Assembly (NCBI GenBank): GCA_951406725.2 | Contig: OX597840.1 | Span: 5,270,001-5,334,000 of the forward strand | DNA length: 64,000 nucleotides | Direction of reading: 5' to 3' | Source of the DNA: Octopus vulgaris | Lineage: Eukaryota | Shown: positions 1 through 14,668 of the stretch, piece after piece | Layout: every line of letters begins with the position of its first letter | Numbering within the stretch: position 1 is the first letter of the stretch | Program-made: the position numbers and the translations under genes | The notes under the pieces: model-generated | Databases searched by the model: none | Told to the model about the DNA's origin: nothing | The model's input: the letters and a program-made list of their open reading frames with translations, nothing else

Positions 1-958
<958 letters not shown>

Positions 959-959
959 T

Positions 960-1580
960 TGTCTTTTATTAACCACAAGGACTTGAAGAGATAAAAAAAA
1001 ATCTGAAACTTCAACAGAGGCTTACAAGACTAAAAAAAAACAATACGAATAAATAAAAAAAGCCGAAAAAAGGTAAAAGAAATACAAATAAATAAAAAGC
1101 TGAAAGGAAAACATGGAGTGTTTAAGTCACGTTTACAAATACGAAACAGGTTTGGAGAGAGTGTGACGTCATACAGTACATGAATAGATTTTAAAAGTAC
1201 ATATATTCTCAAGGAAATAAGTGAAAAAAATTGCAATTAAAGCACAATAATTAAAGGGAAGTATAATTAACAGGAAATAAAGCCTGAAAGATTACTGGAA
1301 AAATTAGTTTTGGACACTTCTCAATCTTATCTCGTTAAACATTTCTGGAATTGTGTGTGCAAGTGCAACCCAATGCACCAGTAAGCCTTTTTTTCATGAC
1401 ATTTTGTGACGAAAATCTTCATCTTTGGGGTATGATGTGGACACTTCTGATGAAAAACCAATAAGGTTTGAAAGTCGATTAAGGTTATGGGATGAAACAG
1501 ATGGGAATGGTTGCTTGGATGCTGATAATGTGGCACAATTGGCTAAACATTGAACCTGTTATTATAAAAGTAACATTTGG
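960..1580 (-). mobile_element. Degenerate L1/Tx1-like LINE 3' fragment abutting (AAT)n
   Basis: Left end 'tcttttattaaccacaagg' resembles the ends at 19995 ('ttctttttattggccacaaggg') and 23268, i.e. a minus-strand AATAAA 3' end. No clean ORF remains. Confidence 0.35.
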
Positions 1581-1596
1581 GAATTGATGGTGTATA

Positions 1597-1890
1597 TCAT
1601 CATCATCATCATCATCATCATTTAGCGTCCACTTTCCATGCTAGCATGGGTTGGACGGTTCAACTGGGGTCTGTGAAGCTGGAAGGCTGCACCAGGCTCA
1701 GTCTGATCTGGCAGTGTTTCTACGGCTGGATGCCCTTCCTAACGCCAACCACTCCGTGAGTGTAGTGGGTGCTTTTTACGTGTCACCGGCATGGGGGCCA
1801 GGCAAGGCTGGCAATGGCCACGATCGGATGGTGCTTTTTACGTGCCACCGGCATGGGGGCCAGGCAAGGCTGGCACCAGGCAAGGCTAGC
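1597..1890 (-). mobile_element. Family B non-autonomous retroposon ((GAT)n tail, internal ~60-bp subrepeats)
   Basis: (CAT)n followed by 'tttagcgtccactttccatgctagcatgggttggacgg...ggatgcccttcctaacgccaacc'; more than 10 related copies in the window. Confidence 0.85.
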
Positions 1891-1926
1891 TCGTAGAAAT
1901 ATAAACATAGAGATAAAGCGAGAGAG

Positions 1927-1972
<46 letters not shown>

Positions 1973-2259
1973 AGTACATATAATTTATTAATTGTGAATG
2001 ATTGACAAATACTTTTCCTCTCTTCAGACACTTAAAGAGAAATATGCTCACGCACATAAACAGAGAGGGAAGGAGGAGAGAAAAAGAAAGAGAGGGAGAG
2101 AACAGGAGGGAGAAGAGAGAGAGGGGGAGAAGGAAGAAAGAGAGAGAGAGGGAGAAGGAAGAAAGAGAGAGAGAGAGAGAGATTAAAATTTATCAATTGA
2201 ACATGACTGACATAAACACTTTCCTTCTCCTCAGATACATAAAGAGAAATACGTTCACA

Positions 2260-2402
2260 TAGTAGCTTTCTTACCAACCACATGGTTCCGGGTTCAGTCA
2301 CACTGCGTGGCACCTTGGTCAAGTGTCTTCTACTATAGCCTCAGGCTGACCAAAGCCTTGTGAGTGGATTTGGTAGATGGAAACTGAAAGAAGCCTGTCG
2401 TA

Positions 2403-2440
<38 letters not shown>

Positions 2441-2657
2441 TGTATGTTTGTGTGTCTGTGTTTGTCCCCCTAGCATTGCTTGACAACCGATGCTGGTGTG
2501 TTTATGTCCCCATCACTTAGCGGTTCGGCAAAAGAGACCGATAGAATAAGTACTGGACTTACAAAAGAATAAGTTCCGGGGTAGAGTTGCTCGATTAAAG
2601 GTGGTGCTCCAGCATGGCCGCAGTCAAATGACTGAAACAAGTAAAAGAGTAAAAGAG
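2260..2657 (+). mobile_element. Family A tRNA-derived SINE (5'-clipped)
   Basis: B-box-like 'ggttcagtc', CORE-like 'ccttggtcaagtgtctt', internal (TA)n/(TG)n linker, tail 'gactgaaacaagtaaaagagtaaaagag'. Confidence 0.9.
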
Positions 2658-2951
2658 AAAGAGATAAACAGAAAGAGAGGGAGGGAGGTAGAAAGAGTGA
2701 GAGAACAAGAGAAGCATTAAAATGTCTGTTGTAAAATAAGTTGTCATCTAATCTGTGGCACCAAATAAGTGGCACCAAAGCAGCTGTGCCTAAATGTCTC
2801 ACACCCTTTAGGGTATGCTCTTTCCAGTTGGTTATAATGTTTTGGTTTTATTTTTACTAGCAACCTATCTTTTGCATGTTGTTTATTTTCTTACCCTGAC
2901 TGTTCTTTGAATCATTCTAACTAATTCAGAAAGTTTGTAGTGTCTGTGATA

Positions 2952-3370
2952 CTCTTTACTCTTTTACTTGTTTCAGTCATTCGACTGTGGCCATGCTGGA
3001 GCACCACCTTTTAGTCGAGCAAATCGACCCCAGGACTTATTCTTTGTAAGCCTAGTACTTATTCTATCGGTCTAATTTTGCCGAACCGCTAAGTTACGGG
3101 GACGTAAACACACCAGCATCGGTTGTCAAGCGATGTTGGGGGGACAAATACAGACACACAAACATACACACAGACATATATATATATATATATATATACA
3201 TATATACGACAGGCTTCTTTCAGTTTCCGTCTACCAAATCCACTCACAAGGCTTTGGTCGGCCCGAGGCTATAGTAGAAGACACTTGCCCAAGGTGCCAC
3301 GCAGTGGGACTGAGGCCGGAACCGTGTGGTCCGTAAGCAAGCTACTTACCACACAGCCACTCCTACGCCT
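2952..3370 (-). mobile_element. Family A SINE, full length
   Basis: Reverse complement of the family A consensus seen in more than 20 copies. Confidence 0.92.
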
Positions 3371-3597
3371 GTGATGTGTAATCTTGTTTAATAATTGTTT
3401 GATTTTTGAATGAAGGCAAATCTTAGTTTGTTATTCGTCCTCTTTTGCTTGTGTTTTATTCTTGAACTGTGGACTGAAAAGCAAAGTCAATCTCGGCAGG
3501 ATTGGAACTCAGTGTGTAAAAACACACAAAATGCCACTAAGCATTTTGTGTGGCATGCTAATGATCCTGCCAGCTCACTGCCCTGCGTATCAGTGTG

Positions 3598-3681
3598 GAA
3601 TTTCAACCGTGTTTCGTGGTCTGCTACTACAACAGCTCCTTTATAGGATCCAGTTAGCTCAAGACATCATCAGGAGGAACC
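3598..3681 (-). ncRNA. Hammerhead-like motif (type I, long stem II, weak stem I) at the end of a putative Penelope-like remnant extending to ~4330
   Basis: Minus strand: CTGATGA (3673-3667), GTCT...AGAC helix with inner TCCT/AGGA hairpin, GAAAC (3615-3611), ACG, GTT. Stem I pairs poorly. Confidence 0.45.
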
Positions 3682-4409
3682 ACGTCCGGTTTCGGTCCCT
3701 ACTCCTCTACTGTTTTGACGTGGCGTCACCCACCCCGCTTTCAGAGGTGTCTTCAGCTTCTGGTGTTGGGTGCATGTCTTCTTTCTTCTGTTCCTTGGCC
3801 TCTTCGATGTATCGTCAGCGAGTGTCAGCCAGTGACTGACTGTCTTGTCAAATTTTTCCCTTTAAATACCTGTCGCATAGGCTCCAGCAGGCAGCCCCAG
3901 CAAGTTGTCACGTGACACTGTCTCACCTTAACTGACTAGTGAAGGTGCGTAGTTTTAGCCTGCACTTTTTCTAAACGACCGTCACCTGTCAGTCAATGAA
4001 GCTGATTCAGTCAGCTTGTCTCACCTAATGATATTATTTCCTGTCGGCGTGTTTATCATTTTCAAGCCATTTTCGGTCTTCCGGCTTTAGCCATATATGG
4101 AAGCTGGCTTTTTCTACCGCCTCCTATTGTAAAGGAATTGCTTCCTTTCCCATGTTTTCATAAGTTCTCTGTTGATTTTTTCTCTTTTTGGAACTATTTC
4201 GTTTTAACTTTTTGTTTCTCCTTGCGCCTTTTCTCCACAAGTCCATAGATTTTCTGTTTAAATTATTTCTTCTTTATTGCACAACAGTGGCATGACATCA
4301 GCAGTTGGTATCGCTGAGGGATGCAGTTTTTGCCCGTCTGTTTAACTCTTTCATTACCATACATCTGTTGAAATATGCCAACTTTGTTTCACTTAATTTT
4401 TAAAATAAT

Positions 4410-4610
4410 ACTCTTTTACTCTTTTACTTGTTTCGGTCATTTGACTGTGGCCATGCTGGAGAACTGCCTTTAGTTGAGCAAATCGACCCCTTATTCTTTG
4501 TAAGCCTAGTACTTATTCTATCGGTCTCTTTTACTGAACCGCTAAGTTACCGAGATGAAAACACACTACCATTGGTTGTCAAGTGAGGTTGGGGTGGGGG
4601 ACAAACACAG

Positions 4611-4645
<35 letters not shown>

Positions 4646-4790
4646 CGACGGGATTTTTTCAGTTTCTGTCTACCAAATCCACTCACAAAGCTTTGGTTGG
4701 CCAAAGGCTATAGTAGAAGACACTTGCCCAAGGTTCCACGCATTGGGACTGAACCCGGAACCATGTGGTTGGTAAGCAAGCTACTTACCT
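4410..4790 (-). mobile_element. Family A SINE
   Basis: Matches the family A consensus. Confidence 0.9.
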
Positions 4791-5198
4791 AAAACACAAG
4801 GCCTGAAATTTTGGGGGAGGGTACAAGTCAATTATATTGACCCCAGTGCGTAACTGGTATTTATTTCATCGACCTTGAAAGGATGAAGGGTAAAGTCGAC
4901 CCTGGTAGCATTTGAACTCAGAATGTAAGGACAGATGATGTGCTGCTAATCATTTTGCTTGAAGTGCTAACGACTCTACCAGTTTGCCAGTGGTTTCAAA
5001 TTTTGGTACAAGAGTAGCCATTTCAGGGGAGAGCATAAGTTGATTATATACCGACCCCAGTACTGAACTGGTACTTGTGTTATCAACTCTGGAAAGATGA
5101 AAGGCGACCATGGCAAAATTTGAACTCGGAATGTAAACAAGAACGAAATGCCACAAAGTATTTTTGCCTGGTGTGCCAACGATTCTGCCAGCTCTCTA
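4790..5198 (-). mobile_element. Two diverged family C SINEs in tandem
   Basis: Two copies of 'gaccccagt..aactggtac...aaagatgaaagg..aaagtcgacc...atttgaactc', the reverse of the copies at 29535 and 59037. Confidence 0.8.
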
Positions 5199-5249
5199 CC
5201 ATGATGATGATGATGATGATGATGATGATGGTGGTGGTAGTGGTGGTGG

Positions 5250-5280
<31 letters not shown>

Positions 5281-5498
5281 GGTGCTGGTGGTGGTGGTGA
5301 TGATGATGATGATGAGGGGGAAAAGAGAGTGGAAATAGAAGATAAAAGAGAATGATTTTCATCTAGAGACACCAGTTAATAGCTCTCCAACTCTTCTTTT
5401 TTGCCTTCTTCTTCTTTGCTTTCTTCTTCACCTTCTTTTTCTTTTTTGCCTTCTTCTTCTTCTTCTTCTTCTTCAGATTTTTTATCTTCTTCTTCCAG

Positions 5499-5558
5499 AT
5501 CTTGGGAAGACATCAACAAAATAGATGTCTCCACATCAAAACACTTTCAGCGTCTCTA
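5499..5558 (+). CDS. Internal coding exon (60 nt, phase 2-2): (x)SWEDINKIDVSTSKHFQRL(Y), unidentified protein
   Basis: Long polypyrimidine tract + ttccag acceptor (5493-5498), donor gtgagt (5559-5564), open frame, unique sequence among repeats. Confidence 0.7.
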
Positions 5559-5814
5559 GTGAGTTTGTACTTTGTGTATATTACACACACAAACACACAC
5601 ACACGTCTACATACACACACACAGACATGCACACATACACACATACACACATGCACACATGCACATATGCACACGCATACACATGAAGCTGTGCACAGAT
5701 TTGCAGAAAACTGTGAGTTGGGCTTATAAGCTAAACTTAGAATTGTTTAATAGTTGAATTTCTCAAACACAGCGAGTGGGTATATAACTGTAGGTGTGCC
5801 TCTGTGTGTGTGTG

Positions 5815-5907
<93 letters not shown>

Positions 5908-6009
5908 AATATATATAGACACACACACACATGCTCACATACATAAATATATACGTATATGTGTGTGTTTATGTGTGTATATGCATATGTAATGTATGTA
6001 TTTTTTTTT

Positions 6010-6405
6010 CCTACTTGTTTCAGTCATTTGACTGCGGCCATGCTGGAGCACCGCCTTTAATCGAGCAACTCGACCCCGGGACTTATTCTTTTGTAAGCCC
6101 AGTACTTATTCTATCGGTCTCTTTTGCCGAACCGCTAAGTGACGGGGACGTAAACACACCAGCATCGGTTGTCAAGCAATGCTAGGGGGACAAACACAGA
6201 CACACAAACACACACACATACATATATATATACATATATACGACGGGCTTCTTTCAGTTTCCGTCTAACAAATCCACTCACAAGGCATTGGTCGGCCCAA
6301 GGCTATAGTAGAAGACACTTGCCCAAGATGCCACGCAGTGGGACTGAACCCGGAACCATGTGGTTGCTAAGCAAGCTACTTACCACACAGCCACTCCTGC
6401 GCCTA
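6010..6405 (-). mobile_element. Family A SINE, full length
   Basis: Matches the family A consensus. Confidence 0.92.
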
Positions 6406-6974
6406 TGATATAGATATAAATTAATAATCCACTGTGGTCCTTGGATTACTTCTACTTGCTCTCCCCATTATTTGCTTCTTACAGTCACTATTGGTGACTG
6501 TAAACATACCTCTTCCTATCTCCTACCCCTTCATATTTCCATCAGTACATGCCCTCCTCCTTCTTCTCCTCCTCCATGCTTTCCTCCACCCCTCTTATAT
6601 TTTCTTTCTTTTCTTTCTTTCTGTTGTGTTTTTGTTTTTTTCCTGTTTCTTTTTGTTTTTTGTTTTTTTCTGGAATGTTTTCTGCTTTATTTGTTGTTTC
6701 CACCCCCCCACTTTTTGTTAATGAACTGTCTTCTGGGAAATGCTTGAAAGTCACAGATTCTTCTTTGTTCTTCTCAAAACATCGCTGACACAACTAACAC
6801 TGCCACTACCACCATCACCATCATCACTTTCAACACCTCCATAACTTAGTGAATGTGTCTCTAAGTAGTCACTAGACAGGCTAGAAATAGCAGTCAAATC
6901 TATTTCAAATCACAAATGGTGACAGAAACACAGAAAGCCTTTGTCTGGATTGAACCTTTCATTCAAACATTCAA

Positions 6975-7372
6975 GGAGTGGCTGTGTGGTAAGTAGCTTG
7001 TTTACCAACCACATGGTTCTGGGTTCAGTCCCACTGCGTGGCACCTTGGGCAAGTGTCTTCTACTATAGCCTCGGGCCGATTAAAGCCTTGTGAGTGGAT
7101 TTGATAGACGGAAACTGAAAGAAGCCCGTCATATATATGTATATATATATGTATATGTGTGTGTGCGTGTCTTGTGTTTGTCCCTCTAGCATTGCTTGAC
7201 AACCAATGCTGGTTTGTTTATGTCCCCATCACTTAGTGGTTCGGCAAAAGAGACCGATAGAATAAGTACTGGGCTTACAATGAATAAGTCCCAGGGTCGT
7301 GTTGCTCGATTAAAGGCGGTGCTCCAGCATGGCTGCCGTCAAATGACTGAAACAAGTAAAAGAGTAAAAGAT
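6975..7372 (+). mobile_element. Family A SINE, full length (left member of an inverted pair)
   Basis: Starts 'ggagtggctgtgtggtaagtagc', ends 'gtaaaagagtaaaaga'. Confidence 0.92.
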
Positions 7373-7394
7373 AGAGTATTACATCAAACTGACT

Positions 7395-7611
7395 CTCTCT
7401 TTACTCTTTACACTTTTACTTGTTTCAGTCATTTGACTGCGGCCATGCTGGAGCACCGCCTTTAGTCGAGCAAATCGACCCCGGGACTTATTCTTTGTAA
7501 GCCCAGTACTTATTCTATCGGTCTCTTTTGCCGAACCACTAAGTGATGGGGACATAAACAAACCAGCATTGGTTGTCAAGCAATGCTAGGGGGACAAACA
7601 CAGACACACAA

Positions 7612-7653
<42 letters not shown>

Positions 7654-7809
7654 GACAGGCTTCTTTCAGTTTCCCTCTATCAAATCCACTCACAAGTCAT
7701 TGGTCGGCCCGGGGCTATAGCAGAAGACACTTGCCCATGATGCCATGCAGTGGGACTGAACCCGGAACCATGTGGTTGGTTAGCAAGCTACTTACCACAC
7801 AGCCACTCT
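7395..7809 (-). mobile_element. Family A SINE, full length (right member of an inverted pair)
   Basis: Reverse complement of the preceding copy, tail-to-tail. Confidence 0.92.
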
Positions 7810-7869
7810 GCATGAGAATACTTCTTTCTTTTTATAAAAAAAATCTCAAAGTGAGAAACCTTGAAGAAT

Positions 7870-8067
7870 TGGCAATTAAGACGAAAGGAATGAATTAACT
7901 TTGGTCACAAGAAAGAGGGAAGCAATGTGATGGAAGAGTATTCCAAAGTCTGACCAGCTTGAGGAAAAAAGCTCTGACTGCAGAAAGACTTCCTTATTCT
8001 TGGAAGCACAAGAGCATCTGGATGAAGACAATGTGGGTTTCGGAGTCTGGTGAGATGGCACAATGTT
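7870..8067 (-). mobile_element. CR1/L2-type LINE ORF2 C-terminal remnant
   Basis: Minus-strand translation includes SFF...VRLWNTLPSHCFP, typical of the CR1/L2/Jockey-group ORF2 tail. Confidence 0.6.
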
Positions 8068-8079
8068 ATCTGGAACTAA

Positions 8080-8473
8080 GTGGAGGCGCAATGGCCCAGT
8101 GGTTAGGGAAGCGGACTCGCGGTCATAGGATTGCGGTTTCGATTTCCAGACCGGGTGTTGTGAGTGTTTATTGAGTGAAAACACCTAAAGCTCCACGAGG
8201 CTCCGGCAGGGGATGGTGGTGATCCCTGCTGTACTCTTTCACCGCAACTTTCTCTCACTCTTACTTCCTGTTTCTGTTGTACCTGTATTTCAAAGGGCCG
8301 GTCTTGTCATTCTCTGTGTCACGCTGAATATCCCCGAGAACTATGTTAAGGGTACACGTGTTTGTGGAGTGCTCAGCCACTTACACGTTAATTTCACGAG
8401 CAGGCTGTTCCGTTGATTCGGATCAACCGGAACCCTCGTCGTCGTATCCGACGGAGTGCTTCTATTCCATTCC
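8080..8473 (+). mobile_element. Family D tRNA-derived SINE with 13-bp TSD
   Basis: Head 'gtggaggcgcaatggcccagtggttaggg...gtttcgatttcc' (A/B boxes); TSD ATCTGGAACTAAG at 8068-8080 and 8474-8486. Confidence 0.9.
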
Positions 8474-9332
8474 ATCTGGAACTAAGAGAGAATGTTTATC
8501 AGAACAAAAAGGCAGAAAGAAAGCTATGAGATGAAAGAGAATTCCAAAGTCTATCTAGATATATATCTCTTAGGTTTTACTTGTTTCAGCCATTAGACCG
8601 TGGCCATGCTGGGGCACCACCTCGAGGAATTTTAGCTGAACTAATCAACCCCTGTACTTATTTTCCTGCTAAGTTATGGGGATGTAAACAAGAGGTGGCG
8701 GGAGACACACAGACACACGCACACACACACACAGTGGCTTCTTTCAGTTTCCATCTACCAAATCCACTTACAAGGCTTTGGTTGACTCAAGGCCATCATA
8801 GAAGGCACTTGCTCAAGGTGACATGCAGTGGGACTGAACCCAGAACCATGTGATTGGGAAGTAAGCTTCTTAGCAATGTACATCATTGTAAATATGTATG
8901 CATATATATATATATATATTGTGTGTCTGTGCGTGTTTGTGTGTGTGTGTGTGCGTGTGTGTGTGTGTGTTCACTTGTGTTTGTCTCCTTTGGCCATTTG
9001 GTAATTGATGTGGGTTTGTTTACATTCCTGTAACATAGCAGTTTGGCAAAAAGAGAATGACAGAATAAGTAGCAGACTTCAAACAAAAAGAAATGATGGA
9101 CTAAAGCAATAAAACGAAGGGCATGACTGGATTGTCTTCAATAATTCATATACATGCTTATTAAAGGTTTACATAGTATAAACTGACATCAGATGTTGTG
9201 CCTCTTGACAGCAACATGTGGTTTCTTGACTTGCTAGAAATAGCAGCAAACCAACACCTTTCAATCACATGATGCTCTCTTATTAAGCGTAAGAGAGCAT
9301 AGTTAAAAAATAAATAAACAATAGACAGGATA

Positions 9333-9735
9333 CTCTCTCTTTACTTATTTCAGTCATTTGACTGGCCTTGCTGGAGCACCGCCTATAGTCGAGCAAATCG
9401 ACCCCAGGACTTATTCTTTGTAAGCCCAGTACTTATTCTATCGGTCTCTTTTGCCGAACCGCTAAGTGACGGGGACATAAATACATCAGCATCGGTTGTC
9501 AAGCAATGCTAGAGGAACAAACACAAACACACACGCACACACACATATACATATATATATACATATATACGACGGGCTTCTTTCAGTTTCCGTCTACCAA
9601 ATCCACTCACAAGGCATTGGTCGGCCCGGGGCTATAGCAGAAGACACTTGCCCAAGATGCCACGCAGTGAGATTGAACCCGGAACCATGTGGTTGGTTAG
9701 CAAGCTACTTACCACACAGCCCCTCCTGCGCCTAT
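9333..9735 (-). mobile_element. Family A SINE, full length
   Basis: Matches the family A consensus. Confidence 0.92.
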
Positions 9736-10199
9736 AGGATGGTCACCTTTGGAAAGACTTTACTTGTAAATCTGATTTTTCAGGACCATTGTGAGAACAA
9801 ACAATAGCGCTGTACATCCAACTGCTGCAGTCCACTCCGCCCGACACTTCTTCCGTGGTTCAGCACATAGCAAGATGTCCCCCCACCTCGTTGCAAAGTG
9901 GCACTCTGCAACACCCTCCACCACACCAGACCAAACTCCTCCGCATAATGCCAAGAAGTCCCCTCATTCCAAAGTTTTTGTCTTCTTAGAAATAATTTTC
10001 TTGAATAAAGCATTGTGTAATGACAGCAATACAGCACTTAAAATGTTCACTGTACACCTGCATACTGTGGCCTGTTCATACGTTCGCCTGCCCACACGTA
10101 TACACTCCTGTACATACATACATGCATACATTCATACACATATTTGTACAGCATATACATACATACATACAAACGTATCTACATACATATATATATGGC

Positions 10200-10742
<543 letters not shown>

Positions 10743-10790
10743 GTTACATATATGTGTGCGTATATACAGATATATATGTATGCATGTGTG

Positions 10791-10833
<43 letters not shown>

Positions 10834-11959
10834 TATTTAGGTATAGATATTTATATAGGCTTTGGTCGGCCCGAGGCTTTAGTAGAAGACACTTGTCCAA
10901 GGTGCCACGCAGGGGGACTGAACCCGGAACCATGTGGTTGGTAAACAAGCTACTTACCACACAGCCACTCCTGTGAGCGTAGTGGGTGCTTTTACATGCC
11001 ACCAGCATGAGGGCCAGTCAGGCGGTACTGGCAATGGCCACGCTCAAATGGTGCACAGGAGCCAGTCCAGCGGCACTGGCAACGACCAAATATATATGTA
11101 TGTATGTATATACAATGGGTTTCATTCAGCTTCTGTCTACGAAGAATTCTAAAAAGGTTTTTGGCCAATTCGAGGCTATAGTAGAATATGCTTGCCTGAG
11201 TCGCCACACAGTGAGACTGAAACCTGGAGCCATGTCATTGAGAAACAAACACCTTACCATGCAACCACGCCTTTTCCTATATATGTGTATGTATATATTT
11301 ATGTGTGTGTCCTTGAGATTGTGTTTTCCCCCAGCCATCACCTCTATGCTTGACAATTGGTGTTGGGTGTTGGTTCGCTTACATCCCTGAAACTTAGAGT
11401 TTCAGTATGAGAGTCTGATGAAACAAATTCCAGAATTGAAACACTAAAAGGGAAAGTACAGGGGTTGATTAATTCAAGAAAATTCTTCAGGGTGTTATCC
11501 CAGTGTGGCTGCAATCCAATGACTGCAGCAAGTATAAGATATAAAAGAAAAAGATATATATTTGTATTAATATATATAGTTACTTATCTATAATAATATT
11601 TATTTATACATTTATATTAATATATATCTATGTATAAATCTACACATTTATATAGATATATATCTATATGTTTATATAAATATATATGTTTATATTTATA
11701 TTTATCTTCGGTAGTTGTTAAATCTTAATTCCTCTTGTTGCAGTGTTTTGCAGTATTAAAAGCAGCTATTGAAAGATTGAAAGATACATATATGATGTAT
11801 ACACATCCATATGATGTGTATATATCTGTGTATATGTGTGATTGTGTATGTATGTATGTATAAATGTACGTACAAAATTGAAATCTATTCTTCTATGTTG
11901 TACCTAATTAATATATGAGTATATATGTGTATGTTATGAAAGAAAAATATTTATATATG

Positions 11960-12013
<54 letters not shown>

Positions 12014-12165
12014 CACATGCACTGACTTATGTTTTTCTTTTATAAAACAAACTTACACACCCATAACTTCTTGACAACAGACATACCTGCATCCATCTGC
12101 ATACATAGATATATATCTATAGGTATGTATGTGTGTTTGTATATATGTATGCATGTATGCATTTA

Positions 12166-12265
<100 letters not shown>

Positions 12266-12378
12266 ATGTGTATACATTTATTCATACATACATACCTACA
12301 TACATGCATACATACATATGTATAGGCAGATAATTATATATACCTATAAATACAAATACACACACATACATGCACACA

Positions 12379-12430
<52 letters not shown>

Positions 12431-12471
12431 CATATACATATACATGCACACATATTTGTATATATAAATAT

Positions 12472-12551
<80 letters not shown>

Positions 12552-12852
12552 CATCATCATCAATGGTTGCAGTAGCAGCAATAGTATTGCCCTTTCATCA
12601 AAAGGTTGTTTAATTACGTCCTCTGTGAGTTGGATTGCCAAGATGAAAATCGGAAACAGAGAGAGAGAGAGAGATTGGTACACACACACACACACACAGA
12701 TGAAAATGAGCAAGAAGCAACATCCACTACAACAATAACAACCAAGTTGAGCATTTATAATTACGATAAGAAAAACAGAGAAAAAAAATAATCATTAATG
12801 GAAAAAGACACAAATTTGTGCAGTGCCCTCGTTAACAACAACAACAACAACA

Positions 12853-13042
12853 GTGGAGGCGCAATAGCCCAGTGGTTAGGGCAGCGGACTCGCGGTCGTA
12901 AGAACGTGGTTTCGATTCCCAGACCGGGCATTGTGAGTGTTTATTGAGCAAAAAACACCTAAGTTCCACAAGGCTCCACCAGGGTGGGTGGGTGAACCCC
13001 GCTGTACTCTTTCACCACAACTTTCTCTCACTCTTTCTTCCT
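12853..13042 (+). mobile_element. Family D SINE 5' part
   Basis: Same tRNA-like head as at 8080. Confidence 0.85.
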
Positions 13043-13330
13043 ACTTCTTCCACAAAGCAGAGGAACCATGGTGTAACCCCCTATGGTGTGGTAAACATTC
13101 ACACCCTAGTCTAGATTGCGAATCCTCAGTACCCCAGGATGGTTCAGCTCTCCACCCGTTAAAAGCCACTGTTTATGGAATGAGGATAACAACGTAGCTT
13201 TCGCGCCCGTGCAACCGCCAGTCTATCGCGTGTGGTGGGTGGATCTTTAAGTTGCCACACACATTCTTAGTAGCTTAGAGTAAGGCTTGAATTAGAGATT
13301 ATACATTGAAGCTAATGGCGTGAATTCTTA

Positions 13331-13361
<31 letters not shown>

Positions 13362-13447
13362 AAGAAGAAGAAGAAGAAGAAGAAGAAGAAGAAGAAGAAG
13401 ACGACGACAACGATGACAGATGCAATAGCAGCAGAAGAATTTATATA

Positions 13448-13670
13448 TCATCATCATCATCGTTTAATGTTTGTTTTTCCATGCTAGCATGGGTTGGACG
13501 GTTCGATCGGGGTCTGGGCTGCAGTAGGCTGCACCAGGCTCCAGTCTGATCTGGCAGTGTTTCTACAGCTGGATGCCCTTCCTAACACCAACCACTCCAT
13601 GAGTATAGTGGGTGCTTTTTACGTGCCACTGGCACAGAGGCCAGAGGAGCCTGGCAACGGCTGTGATTGC
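13448..13670 (-). mobile_element. Family B retroposon, 3' part
   Basis: (CAT)n + 'ccatgctagcatgggttggacgg...'. Confidence 0.85.
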
Positions 13671-13814
13671 TGGCAATATGCATATAATGCAGGGCAAGCT
13701 GGCAGAAGGATTAGCCTGATAGGCAAAATGCTTAGTAACATTTTGTCCATCTTTATGTTCCAAGTTCAAATCCCACTGAGGTTGAGTTTATCTTTTGTCC
13801 TTTTGGGGTTACTC

Positions 13815-14033
13815 TCTCTCTCTCTTTTACTCTTTTACTTGTTTCAGTCATTTGACTGTGGCCATACTGGGGCACCGCCTTTACTCGAGCAAATCGACGC
13901 CAGGATTTATTCTTTGTAAGCCTAGTTCTTATTCTATTGGTCTCTTTTGCCAAAGTGCTAAGTTATGTGGACGTAAACACACCAGCATTGGTTGTCAAGT
14001 ATGTTGGGGGTGGGGAGAAACACAGACATACAA

Positions 14034-14086
<53 letters not shown>

Positions 14087-14668
14087 TGTATATATATGTA
14101 TATATATATATATAATAATAATAATATTAAGGAATAAATCCAAACTTACAGGGAAAAAGTAGATTTAGGATTAAATCCAATTTTATAGTATAAATATATT
14201 ATATTATATTATATTAAATTAGAGATAAAACCACTATTAGGCAAATCAAACAGTGAAAAACACAAGCCAATACATAAAATTAATTTAAAAATATAAAAGT
14301 TAAAAATTAAAAAATTATTAAATAATTTAAACTTATATATATATGTATATATATGTATGTATATATATATATGTATATATATGTATGTATATATATATAT
14401 GTATATATATGTATGTATATATATATGTATATATATGTATATGTATATATATGTATATATATATATGTATGTATATGTATATGTATATATATGTATATAT
14501 ATATACGACGTGCTTCTTTCAGTTTCCGTCTACCAAATTCACTCACAAGGCTTTGGTCGGCCCGAGGCTATAGTAGAAGACACTTGTCCAAAGTGCTACG
14601 CAGTGGGACTGAACCCGGAACCATGCGGTTTGTAAACAAGCTACTTACCACACAGCCACTCCTGCACA
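13815..14668 (-). mobile_element. Family A SINE split by an AT-rich insertion (~14120-14335) in its (TA)n linker
   Basis: 3' half at 13815-14040 and 5' half at 14505-14668 are collinear. Confidence 0.8.

Noticed and set aside
8080-8160. tRNA-like sequences (also 12853, 29224, 44935, 59408)
   Set aside because: They have A/B boxes but no intact cloverleaf or acceptor stem, and they continue into SINE bodies. They are SINE heads, not tRNA genes.
11715-11790. Possible small exon on either strand (also 27735-27865)
   Set aside because: Acceptor-like sites exist, but there is no matching strong donor or phase-compatible partner.
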